NCBI GenBank assembly: GCA_963831005.1
Contig: CAWHOW010000019.1
Coordinates: forward strand, 250,000-313,999
Direction: 5' to 3'
DNA length: 64,000 nucleotides
Source of the DNA: an uncultured Bacteroidota bacterium
GTDB lineage: Bacteria > Bacteroidota > Bacteroidia > Bacteroidales > CG2-30-32-10
Positions 60,928 through 64,000 of this stretch are shown piece after piece. The notes under the pieces were generated by a model that did no database searches, was not told where the DNA came from, and worked only from the letters and a program-made list of their open reading frames with translations. Both the position numbers and the translations under genes were made by a program. Within the stretch, counting starts at the first letter, position 1, and every line of letters starts with the position of its first letter.

Positions 60928-61935
60928 GTGCGAAGTACTGTTCGAGCATGGCGAATAACACTTCAAGCAGTGCATGTTGTGTTTGTGGACGCGGGCGAGC
61001 AGGCCGTGCTGGAGCATTTCGGCAGACCCGTCGCCACGCTTGACGCCGTGGCGCATTTCAAGCTGCCGTGGCCGGTGGAAAAAATCTACCGCTTTCGCAC
61101 GGAACAAATCCAGACGTCTCGTCGGTTACGTTCCCGACGCGCAGAGCGAAAGGGCCGACACGATTTTGTGGAGCGTCTTCCCACGCGAAGGAGGATAATT
61201 TTCTCGTCGCAAACCGCGCGCCGGTCACGGTTCAAAATGACGGCGCCGGCACAAACGACGCCCTGAAGGCGACGCCGGTCAGCCTGATTTCCGTCAGCAT
61301 CCCGGTCCAGTTTCAAATCACCAACGTCACCGACTGGGCTTACAACAATGCCGACGCGACGAACCTGCTGCAATCGCTCGCCACGCGGGAAGTGGCGCGT
61401 TTTCTGGCGGGCGCGGACTTGAACAACGTGATGTCGAGCAACCGGCTCGAAGCGGCGGAGACATTGCGCGACAACATTCAAACCTCGGCGAACGAATACA
61501 AACTCGGCGCGAAAATCATTTTTGTCGGCCTGCAGGACATTCATCCGCCGACCACGGTCGCCGGCGATTACGAAAAGGTCATCGGCGCGGAGCAGACAAA
61601 GTTCGCCATCAGCAATGCCGCGCAGGCTTATGCCATCAGCAACTCGCGCTGGCCGGGGCGCAGGCGTTCACGACCACGAATCTCGCCGACGCTACGCGGC
61701 TGCAACTGGAAGTTTCGCGGTATGCGCAGGCGGCGCTGTTCACCAACCAGATTCCGGCGTTCGAGGCCGCGCCGTCCGTTTATAAACAGCGCGTCTATTT
61801 CCAGACGTTTGCCGACGCGACCCAGAACGCCCGCAAATACGTTTTGCTCGTCACGAACACCCAGGACGTCGTGATTTTTGATCTCGAAGACAAAATCCGC
61901 GCGGACCTTTTGAATGCGACCGTGCCCAACGAATA
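60928..61935 (+). CDS. hflK: HflK-like SPFH/band-7 membrane protease-modulator protein in high-GC DNA, with multiple frameshifts
   Basis: The HflK-family conserved blocks (GEQAVLEHFGRP..HFKLPWPVEKIYRF.TEQIQT; NVTDWAYNNADATNLLQSLATREVARF; C-terminal DVVIFDLEDK) sit in at least three frames. ORFs 60928..61266, 60974..61198, 61068..61874 and frame 3 to the stop at 61935 all carry parts of it. Confidence 0.6.
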
Positions 61936-61941
61936 AATGCC

Positions 61942-62959
<1,018 letters not shown>

Positions 62960-62973
62960 AGCAAACTGAACCC

Positions 62974-64000
62974 ATGAGCGACGAACACGAACATCATCAT
63001 CACGGGCACGAGGCGCCGGAGTCGGTTGACGCCGGTTCGCAGGCGCTGGCCGAGGCGCTCCGCAGCAGCTTTGCGATTGTCAAGGTCGTGATGCTGCTGA
63101 TGGTCGTCGCGTTTTTCGGTCGGGATTTTTCCAGGTCGGCCCGTCGGAAAAGGCCGTCATTCTCCGTTTCGGCAGGCCGGTCGGCGAGGGCAGGGGCGCG
63201 CTGCTCGGACCGGGATTGCACTGGTCGTTTCCCTATCCAATTGACGAAGTGCGGAAAATTCCGATCTCGGAAATACAGAAAGTCACCTCGACGACCGGCT
63301 GGTATTTCACCACGCCCGAACAGGAATTGAGCGGCGAGGAGCTGCCGGCAGGCGCGTCTCTGTTGAATCCGGCGATTGACGGTTACGTCATCACCGCCGA
63401 CCGCAACATCGTCCACACGCGCGCGACGCTGAATTACCACATTGACGATCCGATTGCGTATATTTTCAAATTTGCATCCGCGTCCAACTCGATTCAAAAC
63501 GCGCTGAACAACGCCCTGCTGTTCACCGCCGCGAAATTCAACGTGGACGATATTCTCACGCTGCGACGTCGCCGGTTTTCAGGACGCCGTGCTGGCGCGC
63601 GTCAGTGATTTGACCGAGCAGGAGCAGTCTCGGCATCGTCATTGACAACTGCCAGGTGCAGAGAAATAGCGTCGCGCCGCGGCAATTGCAGGATGTGTTT
63701 GACGCGCGTCACCGAGGGCGCGCCAGAACCAGAGCAAACAGATCAATGTCGCGAACACTTACCGCGACACAAACCCTGCTCAACGCCGCCGCGCAGGCAT
63801 CGGCCATCACCACGCAAGCCGCCGCCGCCAGCGCGAATTACGTCAAGGCCATCCAGGCCGACGCCAAGGCCTTCACCGACGTGCTGCCGGCATTCGAGGC
63901 AAATCGAAATTTGTTCGCGCAGCAAAAACTGGCCGAAACGATGGCGCTGGTGCTGACGAACGTGCAGGATAAATTCTTCCTGCCGGAGCGCGCCGATGGC
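62974..64000 (+). CDS. Second HflK-like SPFH protein in high-GC DNA, with a His-rich N-terminus, frameshifted, running off the window end
   Basis: It begins MSDEHEHHHHGHE.., then has a TM helix (VVMLLMVVAFFG), then GPGLHWSFPYPIDEVRKIPISEIQKV in another frame. A later block reads ..SVAPRQLQDVFDA.. and the C-terminal block is NLFAQQKLAETMALVLTNVQDKFFLPE. Confidence 0.55.

Overview
Most of this window (1 to about 60,900) is low-GC DNA that looks like a Bacteroidota chromosome. The evidence is four proteins ending in T9SS/Por C-terminal sorting domains, a long-tailed ribosomal protein S16, and TonB-dependent receptor plus DUF4249 pairing. It carries a mosaic of housekeeping genes: metY and aspartokinase behind a SAM-I riboswitch, selU and selD, valS, dnaE, trxA, trxB, rpsP, rimM, trmN6, purL, murB, ftsE, tex, and one tRNA-Pro. 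It also carries accessory material: one IS256-family insertion sequence, one IS5-like insertion sequence, several families of intergenic hairpin and tandem repeats, and T9SS cargo proteins. The most unusual locus is a four-gene minus-strand cluster at 8.9 to 14.1 kb. It consists of a Zc3h12a/NYN-type ribonuclease fused to a novel GF..DY repeat array, followed by three tandem paralogs of an uncharacterised roughly 360-aa family, bracketed by repeats. The last roughly 3 kb (from about 60,930) switch abruptly to high-GC DNA encoding frameshifted HflK/HflC-like SPFH proteins and containing a 109-nt poly(A) tract. That is most consistent with a chimeric join or assembly artefact, or less likely foreign DNA. 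Frameshift-split ORFs are spread through the whole window (metY, aspartokinase, the IS5-like transposase, tex, all SPFH genes). Homopolymer indel errors are the most likely cause, rather than true pseudogenes.
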